DNA from: an archaeon
GTDB taxonomy: Archaea > Nanobdellota > Nanobdellia > Pacearchaeales > DTIR01
Direction of reading: 5' to 3'
Length of the DNA stretch: 64,000 nt
Assembly: GCA_043799715.1 (NCBI GenBank)
Contig: JAZDNM010000003.1
Location: 220,986-284,985 of the forward strand
Shown: positions 1-8,749 of the stretch, piece after piece
Layout: every line of letters starts with the position of its first letter
Numbering within the stretch: position 1 is the first letter of the stretch
Program-made: the position numbers and the translations under genes
Notes under the pieces: model-generated
What the model was told of the DNA's origin: nothing
Database searches by the model: none
What the model saw: only the letters and a program-made list of their open reading frames with translations

Positions 1-688
1 TTGTGTTGCCAGACAGATAATTGAAAGTAAGCAGGGGCAGGTCATTCTGGTCATCATCAGTGCAGTTTTCGCTGAAGTTGTAATAAAAAACAGTATCCTC
101 TGTTATGCTTCTTGTTGGAAGCTTGCCGCCGGGATTTTTTGCAAATATTGAAGGATTAGTATTGCTTATGAATGTATTCTCAGAGGCATTCACGCTGCCG
201 TAAGTGAAATTTGTGCAGTTTATTTCAAAGGGTATATTCCCCTTGTATTTGAAACTCCTGTTGTACTGGTACTGCCCTGTTGATGCTGAGTATGTCATGT
301 TATTCCAGGAAGTAAATGCCCCTGTAAGATTTTCATTAAATCTTATGCTGCAGTTTCCATCTTCCCTGGTTGATTCTATAATTTCCCCGGAAGTCTTGTT
401 TGTAAAATTGGCGTAAAAATATATGTTGTATGATGACATCCCCTTTGACGGGCACTGGTAATCAAGATTCGGATGCTCCTCCCTGCATGTGGGATAAGTA
501 TACATTGTTGTTGAGTCAGTTGTGTCCCAAATAGTGAGATTTGCCTTTGACTTGTTTGCAGAGGTTGTGGCAAACACAGAATTTGCTGATGACATAAGCA
601 GAAGCAGGAATATTGCTGCAGCAGCAAGAGGCACGATGAATGCCTCGCTCTGTTTCCCTCTGGCAAACTTTAGAATCTGGTTTTTCAT
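1..688 (-). CDS. Secreted surface protein, N-terminal part only; gene continues beyond the window start
   Basis: The minus-strand ATG at 686-688 opens MKNQILKFARGKQSEAFIVPLAAAAIFLLLLM, a signal peptide or TM helix. A Cys-containing sequence with many N-x-S/T sequons follows and runs off the window edge. Translated by eye, and absent from the ORF track because it is truncated. Confidence 0.45.
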   Translation of the reverse strand, partial: MKNQILKFARGKQSEAFIVPLAAAAIFLLLLMSSANSVFATTSANKSKANLTIWDTTDSTTMYTYPTCREEHPNLDYQCPSKGMSSYNIYFYANFTNKTSGEIIESTREDGNCSIRFNENLTGAFTSWNNMTYSASTGQYQYNRSFKYKGNIPFEINCTNFTYGSVNASENTFISNTNPSIFAKNPGGKLPTRSITEDTVFYYNFSENCTDDDQNDLPLLTFNYLSGNT

Positions 689-927
689 TTTCCTCTTTTT
701 GAAACTGAAGATTTTTTTGCTGATTTTTTTCTTGGCCTGTCCCAGTAAGGACTCTTGCATTTCGGGCATACCTTTGGCTCGCCCTCTGAGTTCTGTCTTG
801 GCAGCCATGCATGCCTGCATCTCTCGCATAAATAACCCAATATTTCTGTCTTGCCCATTTATCCTCTTTATTATTGGTAATATACCTTAGGTATATAAAT
901 ATTGCTATATTCTTATTAGTATAATAC

Positions 928-3375
928 TCACTCCCTTAGCCTGCCTATGCCTGAATACAGCTTCATTATTCTGTTGTAATACTTTCTCTTTTCCCTCTGA
1001 GGCAGCGCGTCATACAGGCTTCTTGTCTGGGTGTAATAATGCCTTGCAAGTGTTATGTCTTTTTCTGAAATTGCCTTCTTGGTTCTTTCAATGAAGCTGT
1101 TCAGCAGTGCTCTCTTCCTTTTTATGTCCTTTTCCTCCTCTTTTGATTTCAGCAGCTGCATTTCCTTTCTTGTTATTGCAACAGCAAGCGCAGCGAGTAT
1201 CAGGGTTATTGCAAGTATAAATTGGAACAAGCCGCAGTCATGCCTGCATGAAAAAATTTCAGCGAGCTCGCATTTTTCATCCCCGCATTTCGGAGCTCTC
1301 GGGTAACCAAGGGCGCATGCCTTGCACGGCCCTCCGCAGTCAATCCAGTCCTCCCCCTGATTCTGTATTCCGTCAGAACATGTAGTGCAGGGCTTGCACG
1401 GCCCTCCGCAGTCAGGCAGGACTTCACACATGCCATCGTGGCAGTTTAATATGCTGTCATAACAATCAGGAAGAAGCGTGAATGCGCAAACCTGCATTTC
1501 CTTTGGCTGTTTGCTTGTTGACCTGCAGTTTGCCTTGTCAAAACACGAGCGTGTCTGAAAGCCGCATTCCCCTGATAACAGGGAAGAGCAGTTTGAGATG
1601 ACTGTTTCATAGATATTTCCCAAAATTGCAATTGAGTCAGGAGTTGATGCATTCTGGCATAAGCTCCAGTCAGTGCATATCCACTGTTCTGTACAGCCTC
1701 CGCCGCCGCCTCCGCCTCCTCCTGAAACTGCTGTTGATACTATAGGGGCGGAATTCACAGTCACATTCCAGACAACAGTATCATTCAGCAGCCCGTCTGT
1801 TGCAAGCGCTGTCACATTGTATGCTCCTGCAGCGCCTGATGATGTTGAGAAGGTGTATGTTGAATTTGCGAGGATGAAAATATCATTTTTGTACCATAAT
1901 ATTGAAGGTGTTGTGCCATCCTCATCTTCAGCAGTTGCATTGAAAGTTATGCTCTCGCCCTCTGTTATGGACTGAATTCTATTTTCAGGATAATAGGATG
2001 TTATGTTTGGGGCATGGTTCTCAAGGGTTATTGTGAAAGAAACATTTTCGCATGCATTTTTTGGGGCGGCAGTCTGGTTGCAGAAGGAGATGTTTGCAGG
2101 AGCAGTAAATCCCAAGTCAGTAACGCATATCCTTACAGCATAAGTCCCGTTTATTGTCGCATTTGCAGAGAAATTTATGTTTCCTGTTGCAGCATTTATT
2201 GTGAAGAATGTTGTGCCGCTTGTGAATGTTGAATTGAACCTCAATGCGCCTGGAGTGTCCCCATCTTCCTCATCGCTGGCATAAGCAGTGTAATTAAGGC
2301 TGCTGTTGATATAAACTGTCTTTGCTCCTATGTGCTGCATTACAGGGGCGTCATTCGTGCTTATTATGTTCAGCGCAAAATCCTTGAAATCAGAGGCTTC
2401 CTCGTCAGAGACATAAACTCTTATAGAGTAGACATTTGCCTGCAGTGAATTTGGGGTAAAATCTATCTGCCCTGTGTTCTCGTTTATTACAAAAAGTGCT
2501 GTGTTGTCATAAAAATGCAGGGATTCTGTCCTGTACCTTACAGGGATAAGCAAGTCCTCGTCAGTTGCAGCTGCCTGATAAAGGAAATTGGCATCCTCGC
2601 ATGTCTGCATGTCCGGAATTATTCCAAGCAAAGGAGCGTCATTCACATTCAGCACAGTAAAATTAAACCCTGATGAGTTGGCGGCATTCCTTTCATCTCT
2701 GACTGTGATATTCATGGAATGAAATCCCACATCAGAGTCATTCGCAGAGAAATTAATCAGCCCATAGATATTAAAATCAAATGAGGGGAATATCGCAGAA
2801 GTTGAATTGTGAGTGAAGTTTATGCTCTCATTGTTCGGCTCAACAACAAAAGAGCTGAGGTTTACTGTAAAAAGAATATCCTCTGTCAGATTGAAGTTTC
2901 TCGTGTAATTTATCCAGTAAGGCACCCTGTTTGGGGGAAATATCTCAAGCGAGAATGTTGTTGAGCTGTTTGAGATATTTCCACAAAGCCCATGCGTTGC
3001 CCATATCAATACAGTGTAAGTTCCTGTCTCATTTTCCAGGGGAGTAAAGTTAATCAGCCCGCTTGTCCTCGATATAAAGAAACTTGTAAGATTTGCCTTG
3101 CCTGCTGCCTGGCTTGTCCTGCCATAATAGTATATTGGATTTCCTGAATCAGTTGCAATTACCTGATGTGTGAAATTGCTTCCTGCAATTGCTGTCTTGT
3201 CTGTTATTGATCCAAGAGTTGGCGGTCTGTCAATGCAAACTCCCACTCTTCCAAGGCTTGCCTTCCCGACTGTTAAGTTGCCGGTAATTTTCATCCACAC
3301 AAAAAGGTTGCCTGCAAGCGAGAGCAGCGCGAACATAACGATAATCAGGGCTATTTTATTGTTGTCTAACCTCAT
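928..3375 (-). CDS. Large membrane-anchored surface protein with cadherin-like repeats, a Cys-rich stalk and a cytoplasmic tail
   Basis: 815 aa with an N-terminal signal or TM segment. Three repeats carry an (N/H)(D)AP cadherin-like motif: VNDAPLL, TNDAPVM and ENHAPNIT. Sequons are dense. A Gly9 linker precedes a Cys-rich region with two DCGGPCK(P/A)C repeats, then a TM helix (FQFILAITLILAALAVAIT) and a ~100 aa K/E/R-rich tail. Confidence 0.6.
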   Translation of the reverse strand: MRLDNNKIALIIVMFALLSLAGNLFVWMKITGNLTVGKASLGRVGVCIDRPPTLGSITDKTAIAGSNFTHQVIATDSGNPIYYYGRTSQAAGKANLTSFFISRTSGLINFTPLENETGTYTVLIWATHGLCGNISNSSTTFSLEIFPPNRVPYWINYTRNFNLTEDILFTVNLSSFVVEPNNESINFTHNSTSAIFPSFDFNIYGLINFSANDSDVGFHSMNITVRDERNAANSSGFNFTVLNVNDAPLLGIIPDMQTCEDANFLYQAAATDEDLLIPVRYRTESLHFYDNTALFVINENTGQIDFTPNSLQANVYSIRVYVSDEEASDFKDFALNIISTNDAPVMQHIGAKTVYINSSLNYTAYASDEEDGDTPGALRFNSTFTSGTTFFTINAATGNINFSANATINGTYAVRICVTDLGFTAPANISFCNQTAAPKNACENVSFTITLENHAPNITSYYPENRIQSITEGESITFNATAEDEDGTTPSILWYKNDIFILANSTYTFSTSSGAAGAYNVTALATDGLLNDTVVWNVTVNSAPIVSTAVSGGGGGGGGGCTEQWICTDWSLCQNASTPDSIAILGNIYETVISNCSSLLSGECGFQTRSCFDKANCRSTSKQPKEMQVCAFTLLPDCYDSILNCHDGMCEVLPDCGGPCKPCTTCSDGIQNQGEDWIDCGGPCKACALGYPRAPKCGDEKCELAEIFSCRHDCGLFQFILAITLILAALAVAITRKEMQLLKSKEEEKDIKRKRALLNSFIERTKKAISEKDITLARHYYTQTRSLYDALPQREKRKYYNRIMKLYSGIGRLRE

Positions 3376-3471
3376 CTTTAAAATCAGGATTCCCCCTTTT
3401 CCGGAGCTGGTTTATGATATTACTTCTGTCTGGATATTTAAATAGTTTTCCCGAAAAAATTATACAGGAAT

Positions 3472-3939
3472 TCAGGCGCGCCTGAACACAAGAAATATCT
3501 TTCCGCTGTACTTTCCCATTGGAGCTGATGCAGGGACATAAACATTGAAATCTATCTGCCTTGTTTCTCCGGGAGATATTATAAAATTATTGTCATAAGA
3601 AAGAAAACTGCTTATGCTGCCGATTGCTTTTATCCCCACTGACATGTTAAACCTATCAAGGTTGCCCGCTGTCACAAACCTGTTGGCGCCGCCTTCTGGA
3701 ACAATCGCCCCAAAATTAATGACATCAATGCTTTCTTCTCCAAGGGCAAATGCAACATTGCCGCCAACCTCCAGCTTGGCAGTGAAGATTTTGACATAGC
3801 GGATATTATAGAGCATATAGGATATTTCAGCAGCCACAGCAGAGAATGCAATTATAATCAGAAAAAGGGCTGCTGTCCTTATCCTGCTGTTCCTCGCTTC
3901 TTTTTTTGGCTTATTCGCTTTTCTTTCTTTTTTTGGCAT
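3472..3939 (-). CDS. Small secreted or membrane protein; N-terminus MPKKERK plus a hydrophobic helix
   Basis: 155 aa. A basic N-terminus is followed by a TM or signal segment (AALFLIIIAFSAVAA). There is no recognisable catalytic motif. Confidence 0.4.
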   Translation of the reverse strand: MPKKERKANKPKKEARNSRIRTAALFLIIIAFSAVAAEISYMLYNIRYVKIFTAKLEVGGNVAFALGEESIDVINFGAIVPEGGANRFVTAGNLDRFNMSVGIKAIGSISSFLSYDNNFIISPGETRQIDFNVYVPASAPMGKYSGKIFLVFRRA

Positions 3940-5104
3940 TTTTCATTTCTGAATTTTTTAAAAGGATGAATACTATTATAATTATCAGCCCAACAAAAAT
4001 TGCAGTTGCTGATGTGTAAAACACAAGTCTTTTTATCTCCTCTGGATTGACAAGCATTTTTACTTTTATTTCCTGTGATGTGCTATTGCCTGAGAAGTAC
4101 AGCCTGATTTCCCCGTTGTAATACTGCGCTTTTTTCTCTGCAGCATCATAATAGGCGGTAAGGGTTGCTGTTTCCCACGGCTTAAGGGCAATTGCAGGGG
4201 ATTTCATGACTTCATTCTTCCCGTCATCAATTATTATTGAAGCGTAGACATTTTCAATAGCACTGTTCCACCTGCTCTGCACATCGACATTAAACTTGTT
4301 TATCTTGTTCCTTACAAGCTCTTTTGTGTAATTAACAACCTTCACTGCAAGCAATCCCACCCTAAATCTTGATGATGTGTTTATTTCATTTCCATCATAA
4401 TAAACTGTTGCAACTGCATAATATTCCCCTGACTCAAAATCCTTTGTGTTCAGTTCAGCTGAAAGTGTTATCCTGTCGTTTGAAGGAAGAGATTTCTCTG
4501 ATGTCTTAAGCGTTGTGATTTTTCTGTTGAATCCTGAGTCAGTAGGCCCAAACAAATCAATTACAGCACTGACGTTTGAGATATCTTTCTCTGTCCAGCT
4601 TCTTACTGCAACAGTCAGCGTTATAATATCCCCTGAATCAATATTCGGGACTTGAAAGTCATCTATCTTTGCATAAATGTCCGGGCTGAGAACCCTAATG
4701 CTGACAATTGAGCAGGCTTTTGTCCTTATTGTGACTCCTCCGCCTGCGCCTGACTGCAATTCTGTCACACAGAGAAAATTATCATGCAGTCCTGGCTCTG
4801 GCTTTTGCTCAGGAAGCTGCAATACTGCAGAAAAAGTTTTTGTCATTCCCGGCTGGACATCCTTGAACAATTCATTGCTCAATTTAAAATATTGCGAGAG
4901 TGTTCCATCAACAGTTATCTCGTAATCCATTGTGCTTGGCGTGTTCGCAACAAGGAAATATGAGAAAGATTCCTTCAAGCCGGGCTTGAAATCAATAATA
5001 TAATTAAGCTGCCCGCCATAATCCCCTATCCCAACTGCTGATACAGAAGATATTTGGAAGAGTGCTGCAAGCAGCAAAAGAACAAAAAAAAATTTATTTT
5101 TCAT
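3911..5104 (-). CDS. Secreted protein with a C-terminal TM anchor (hypothetical)
   Basis: Likely start is MKNKFFFVLLLLAALFQISSVSA at 5104, a signal peptide, within the longer ORF 3911..5173. The C-terminus has the TM helix FVGLIIIIVFILL and a basic tail KKRKKSE. Confidence 0.5.
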   Translation of the reverse strand: MKNKFFFVLLLLAALFQISSVSAVGIGDYGGQLNYIIDFKPGLKESFSYFLVANTPSTMDYEITVDGTLSQYFKLSNELFKDVQPGMTKTFSAVLQLPEQKPEPGLHDNFLCVTELQSGAGGGVTIRTKACSIVSIRVLSPDIYAKIDDFQVPNIDSGDIITLTVAVRSWTEKDISNVSAVIDLFGPTDSGFNRKITTLKTSEKSLPSNDRITLSAELNTKDFESGEYYAVATVYYDGNEINTSSRFRVGLLAVKVVNYTKELVRNKINKFNVDVQSRWNSAIENVYASIIIDDGKNEVMKSPAIALKPWETATLTAYYDAAEKKAQYYNGEIRLYFSGNSTSQEIKVKMLVNPEEIKRLVFYTSATAIFVGLIIIIVFILLKNSEMKNAKKRKKSE

Positions 5105-5188
5105 TTTCCTCTTTTTTTGCTTCAGCATAAAGGCAAATAAATACCTTTCGGTTTCTTTATAATAATATCCCAAAAAATAGCATTGAAC

Positions 5189-5863
5189 TCAAGAGCAGGC
5201 AGCATTCCTTCTTGTTGCAGTGAATGTCCATAATGCTGTCTTGTTTCCTGATGCTGAATCTTGGGGAACTCCAAGAACAACGCTTATGTTTAATGAGCGC
5301 TTTCCTGAAACGTATGACAAGTTCTTGCATACCTCATAGCCAGGAGCAGCTGTGCTTTCTATTGCTGTCAAGTTTGCAAGAGCGCCTCCGCAAACCCCTG
5401 AAGCTGCTGCTGAACAAGAGCTTGTTTCATTATTATAAGCATCATACTGCGCATAAGACCCTGTGCCTCCAAGCATTGTTGTTCCTGTTGAATCTGATGT
5501 GAAGTTTACATTAATATCAACTGTTCCTGTGTTTGCAATGCCTATATCTTTTGCGCTCCAGTCTGACTGCGATGTCCAGTTTGCAGGAACTGCCTGGCTG
5601 CTGTTTAATTCTGCTATTGTGTATCCTGCTGCAACATAGCCAACTCCGAATTCAACATTTGCAGGAGCGACATTAAGCTGCGCGACAACAGCGACAGTAA
5701 CATTAACCCTGCCTGTTGTGCCGAAGCCAGTTATTCCCTGCAGTGCAGGAATCATGTTGGCAAGATTTGAAACCTGCAGGACAGTAAGCAAAGCTCCGCC
5801 AAGAGAAATCACAATTGCGGCAGCGAGAAAAACTGCAAGGGTTTTGTTTGAAATTTCAGCCAT
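5189..5863 (-). CDS. Secreted or membrane protein with a Gly/Thr/Ser/Asn-rich ectodomain (hypothetical)
   Basis: 224 aa. The N-terminus has a hydrophobic segment LAVFLAAAIVISLGGALLTV. The rest is low complexity with several sequons. Confidence 0.45.
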   Translation of the reverse strand: MAEISNKTLAVFLAAAIVISLGGALLTVLQVSNLANMIPALQGITGFGTTGRVNVTVAVVAQLNVAPANVEFGVGYVAAGYTIAELNSSQAVPANWTSQSDWSAKDIGIANTGTVDINVNFTSDSTGTTMLGGTGSYAQYDAYNNETSSCSAAASGVCGGALANLTAIESTAAPGYEVCKNLSYVSGKRSLNISVVLGVPQDSASGNKTALWTFTATRRNAACS

Positions 5864-5954
5864 TTTTTCTTTTTAATTCCTCTTTACTGAATCTATGATG
5901 CTTGATTAAATAAATATTCCTATTTTATTCTTTGCTTTTAATATATCTTAGAGA

Positions 5955-6173
5955 TTATCCTGCTGGGATGCCTTCAAGTGTTTCTTCTGCAGGATTTCCT
6001 ATTCCCACTTTTATTTGTGCATAACTTACAGGAGTATCAGATGAATATTGCTGCTTTACAGATGTTATCATATCCAAAACATACCATGTGCTTATTACAG
6101 ATAGCAGTATTGTCAGAACAAGCAGAACAAGTATTGTAGTTCTCGCAACCTCTTGTTTTTCTTTTTTTGGCAT
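5955..6173 (-). CDS. Small membrane protein with MPKKEK N-terminus (hypothetical, possibly pilin-like)
   Basis: 72 aa. It shares the MPKKE(K/R) basic N-terminus plus a single TM helix with the ORF at 3472..3939. Confidence 0.35.
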   Translation of the reverse strand: MPKKEKQEVARTTILVLLVLTILLSVISTWYVLDMITSVKQQYSSDTPVSYAQIKVGIGNPAEETLEGIPAG

Positions 6174-6402
6174 TTTTCCTCTTTATTCTTAATTCTCGAG
6201 TGACAGCAAGTTTATAAACATTTCTTTTGTTTTGAAAAAATTCCAAATGTTTTGCTTGCTTCCAGTTTAATTTGGGAATTTTCTTTATAAATATTCCTAT
6301 TTTTAAAGAAAGTAGCTATAAAGAGGGGAGATTAACACGGAAAAGGTTTAAATAATTCTCTTTCATTGGGAATTAAATAAAAAGAGGCAGGCAATATCAA
6401 CT

Positions 6403-8685
6403 ATGGGTTTAAACGCAGCAGGGAAAAACTTTCTTTGCATTGCAATTCTGTTTGCATTTGTTTCAATAATACTTTCTTCATCAGCATTTGCAGTGTCAAC
6501 AAGAAGTTACTGTAAATATGCAGGCGGCTCAGGAAGCTATGCTTGTGATTCAGGCGCTGTAAGCGGAAACTCTGCAGCCTGCGCTGCTGCAAATGGGGCG
6601 CAATGCGCACAAGAAGGGGATGTTTTCTGCTACGCTGAATCAACATGCGAAGCAGGCACAACATTGAAGGGGCCTATATACACCTATAATGTGAACTGGG
6701 ATGCTGACTCTGCTGACTGCTCATGCAAGGCAGGAAGCAGCAGATGGGGCATAAGATTTATTTCAGGGACAACAGGACAGTGCTGCGGAGATGATGCAAG
6801 CGAATACTTTATTGGCGCAACAAATCAGAAAAATATTGACAAGATTGACACATGCTGCAAGTCAGATGCATATGTATTCAACGGAGTTTGCTGCGGAGAT
6901 GATGCAAGCGAATATTATGCAGGCTCAACAAACGGCAAGAGCTGCGACGGAACACAGGCATGCTGCAGCTCCCCGAGCTTGTATTCCCTGAACAGCAACT
7001 GTGTTTCATCATGCCCGGCTGTGACATCAGTGTACTGGACTGACCTTTCAGGAACAAGGATAAACTCCACAGAGCTAAATGATTATGTAATGCTTGTTGC
7101 AGAAACATCAGGCGCAGAAGGGATGCTGATTAACTTCACACTATGGGAAGAGGGAATAGTAAAATGCTATGAGGAAGTATCAAGAGCTTATTCAAATCAG
7201 GGCAAGGCATCTATTCTCTGGAAAGTAAAAGCCTGTGCCGACGGCTCAAACGACGGAAATAAATTCAAGGCATTTGTAAGTTCAACTCCCCTGATTTATC
7301 TTGAATCAGGGCTTCTTGCTGTCTCGCTTGTTGAAAGCGACAAGCTGCCTGTTGCTGTGATATCACAGCCAGCAGACGGGGGAATTTTCAATCTTGGGGA
7401 TAACATAAACTTTGTCTCAGGAAGCTATGATCCAGATGACCTGATAACCAGTGTAAAGTGGGATTTTGGAGACGGATACACAAGCATGCTCGCAAACACA
7501 ACGCATGCTTACTCTGCAGGCGGTCCTAAATTTGCAATACTGACAGTCCAGAACTCAAGGGGAAAGACAGCAGAAGTCAGAATAGGCATTCTTATAAATT
7601 CATCATCTGATGATCCCCCTCTGGCGATGATATCATCTCCAAGTTACGGGGAGAAATTTTCAGGTATGCTTATAACATTCAATGCAACAATGAGCAGGGA
7701 TGACAGAACTCCTTTCAACCAGCTGATATTCAAATGGGAATTTGACGACGGCAGTTCGCCTTATTCAGGCACTGGCATTTCAGGGGCATATTTCACAAAA
7801 CTGTTCTCAACAGCAGGGGAGCATCTTGTAAAATTAAGCGTTGATGACTCAGGACCTGGCTCGTTAACAGAAACATCATTTTCCATAAATGGCTGCCAGG
7901 TTCCGCTTGACGGCACTTCTGAGTTTGTTCCGTTCGGCAGCTGTTCTTCTATAAGCAAGCATTACTTCTGCGCCAACGAAACAACATATTATGATACAAT
8001 GGAAGAGCACTGCGAGGGCGCTGACAAGCAGGCGCTGACGTCAGACGACTGCTGCCCGAGAGGATTTTATTGCCCTGCTATTGGAGCTGCCTGCTCAGAG
8101 AGATCAAGCAACTGCGCAAGTTACAATATTTCTGCTGAATGTGAACAGTATGGGTGCATATGGCTGAACTCATCATGCGCAGAGCCGGCAGGAATGTCAT
8201 CCTGCTCTGATTATAAAAGTGAGGCTGCGTGCAATACTGATGTGCTCGGATTAGGAAGGTCAGTTGGAAGAGGGCTTGGCACCGACATCTGCGGAAGGAC
8301 ATTCGGAAGCTATCTCGTGAATGCATCAAGCTGCAAGTGCGGATGGGAACCTGCAGGAAGCCCGTCTGGAAACTGCAAATTTGGCTATTCTGTTGTGAGG
8401 ATTATTCCCGGGAATGTCACATTCATAACCTGCATGAAATCATTCACATTAAGCGACTGTGTTGCAGGAACCCAAAGCATGAACTGGACTGCATTAATAC
8501 TGCCTTCGGAACTTGCTGGAAACGAGACAGCAAGACAGCAATGCAGTGAAGGATACAAGGGAATAAAATGCGGAGTTTCAATCTCAAGGCTGCCATTTTT
8601 CGGAATTTTCAATTTTGTCCTTGCTGTAGCGGCAATTGCGCTCTACTATCTCTCTGCTGCAACAAGAAGGAACATCAAAAAATAA
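6403..8685 (+). CDS. Cys-rich surface protein with PKD-like domains and a C-terminal TM anchor
   Basis: Signal peptide MGLNAAGKNFLCIAILFAFVSIILSSSAFA. The CCGDDASEY module is duplicated. Two PKD-like signatures are present, WDFGDGYTS and FKWEFDDGSS. A C-terminal TM helix precedes an RRNIKK tail. RBS-like aaagagg lies upstream. Confidence 0.7.
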   Translation: MGLNAAGKNFLCIAILFAFVSIILSSSAFAVSTRSYCKYAGGSGSYACDSGAVSGNSAACAAANGAQCAQEGDVFCYAESTCEAGTTLKGPIYTYNVNWDADSADCSCKAGSSRWGIRFISGTTGQCCGDDASEYFIGATNQKNIDKIDTCCKSDAYVFNGVCCGDDASEYYAGSTNGKSCDGTQACCSSPSLYSLNSNCVSSCPAVTSVYWTDLSGTRINSTELNDYVMLVAETSGAEGMLINFTLWEEGIVKCYEEVSRAYSNQGKASILWKVKACADGSNDGNKFKAFVSSTPLIYLESGLLAVSLVESDKLPVAVISQPADGGIFNLGDNINFVSGSYDPDDLITSVKWDFGDGYTSMLANTTHAYSAGGPKFAILTVQNSRGKTAEVRIGILINSSSDDPPLAMISSPSYGEKFSGMLITFNATMSRDDRTPFNQLIFKWEFDDGSSPYSGTGISGAYFTKLFSTAGEHLVKLSVDDSGPGSLTETSFSINGCQVPLDGTSEFVPFGSCSSISKHYFCANETTYYDTMEEHCEGADKQALTSDDCCPRGFYCPAIGAACSERSSNCASYNISAECEQYGCIWLNSSCAEPAGMSSCSDYKSEAACNTDVLGLGRSVGRGLGTDICGRTFGSYLVNASSCKCGWEPAGSPSGNCKFGYSVVRIIPGNVTFITCMKSFTLSDCVAGTQSMNWTALILPSELAGNETARQQCSEGYKGIKCGVSISRLPFFGIFNFVLAVAAIALYYLSAATRRNIKK
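6781..6914 (+). repeat. Perfect 26-nt direct repeat (tgctgcggagatgatgcaagcgaata) at 6781-6806 and 6889-6914 inside the surface-protein gene
   Basis: Seen directly in the sequence. It encodes the duplicated CCGDDASEY peptide. Confidence 0.85.
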
Positions 8686-8749
8686 CGCTTTTTCTGGAAA
8701 AAGTTTATAAATTGTTTTATGCTTGTTGATTTGGCAAAAGAGGAATTAT

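Noticed and set aside
1673-1975. Plus-strand ORF encoding a PPPPPPPPP run
   Set aside because: It is antisense to the Gly9 linker codons of the 815-aa surface-protein gene on the minus strand. It is a mirror artefact of the low-complexity coding region.
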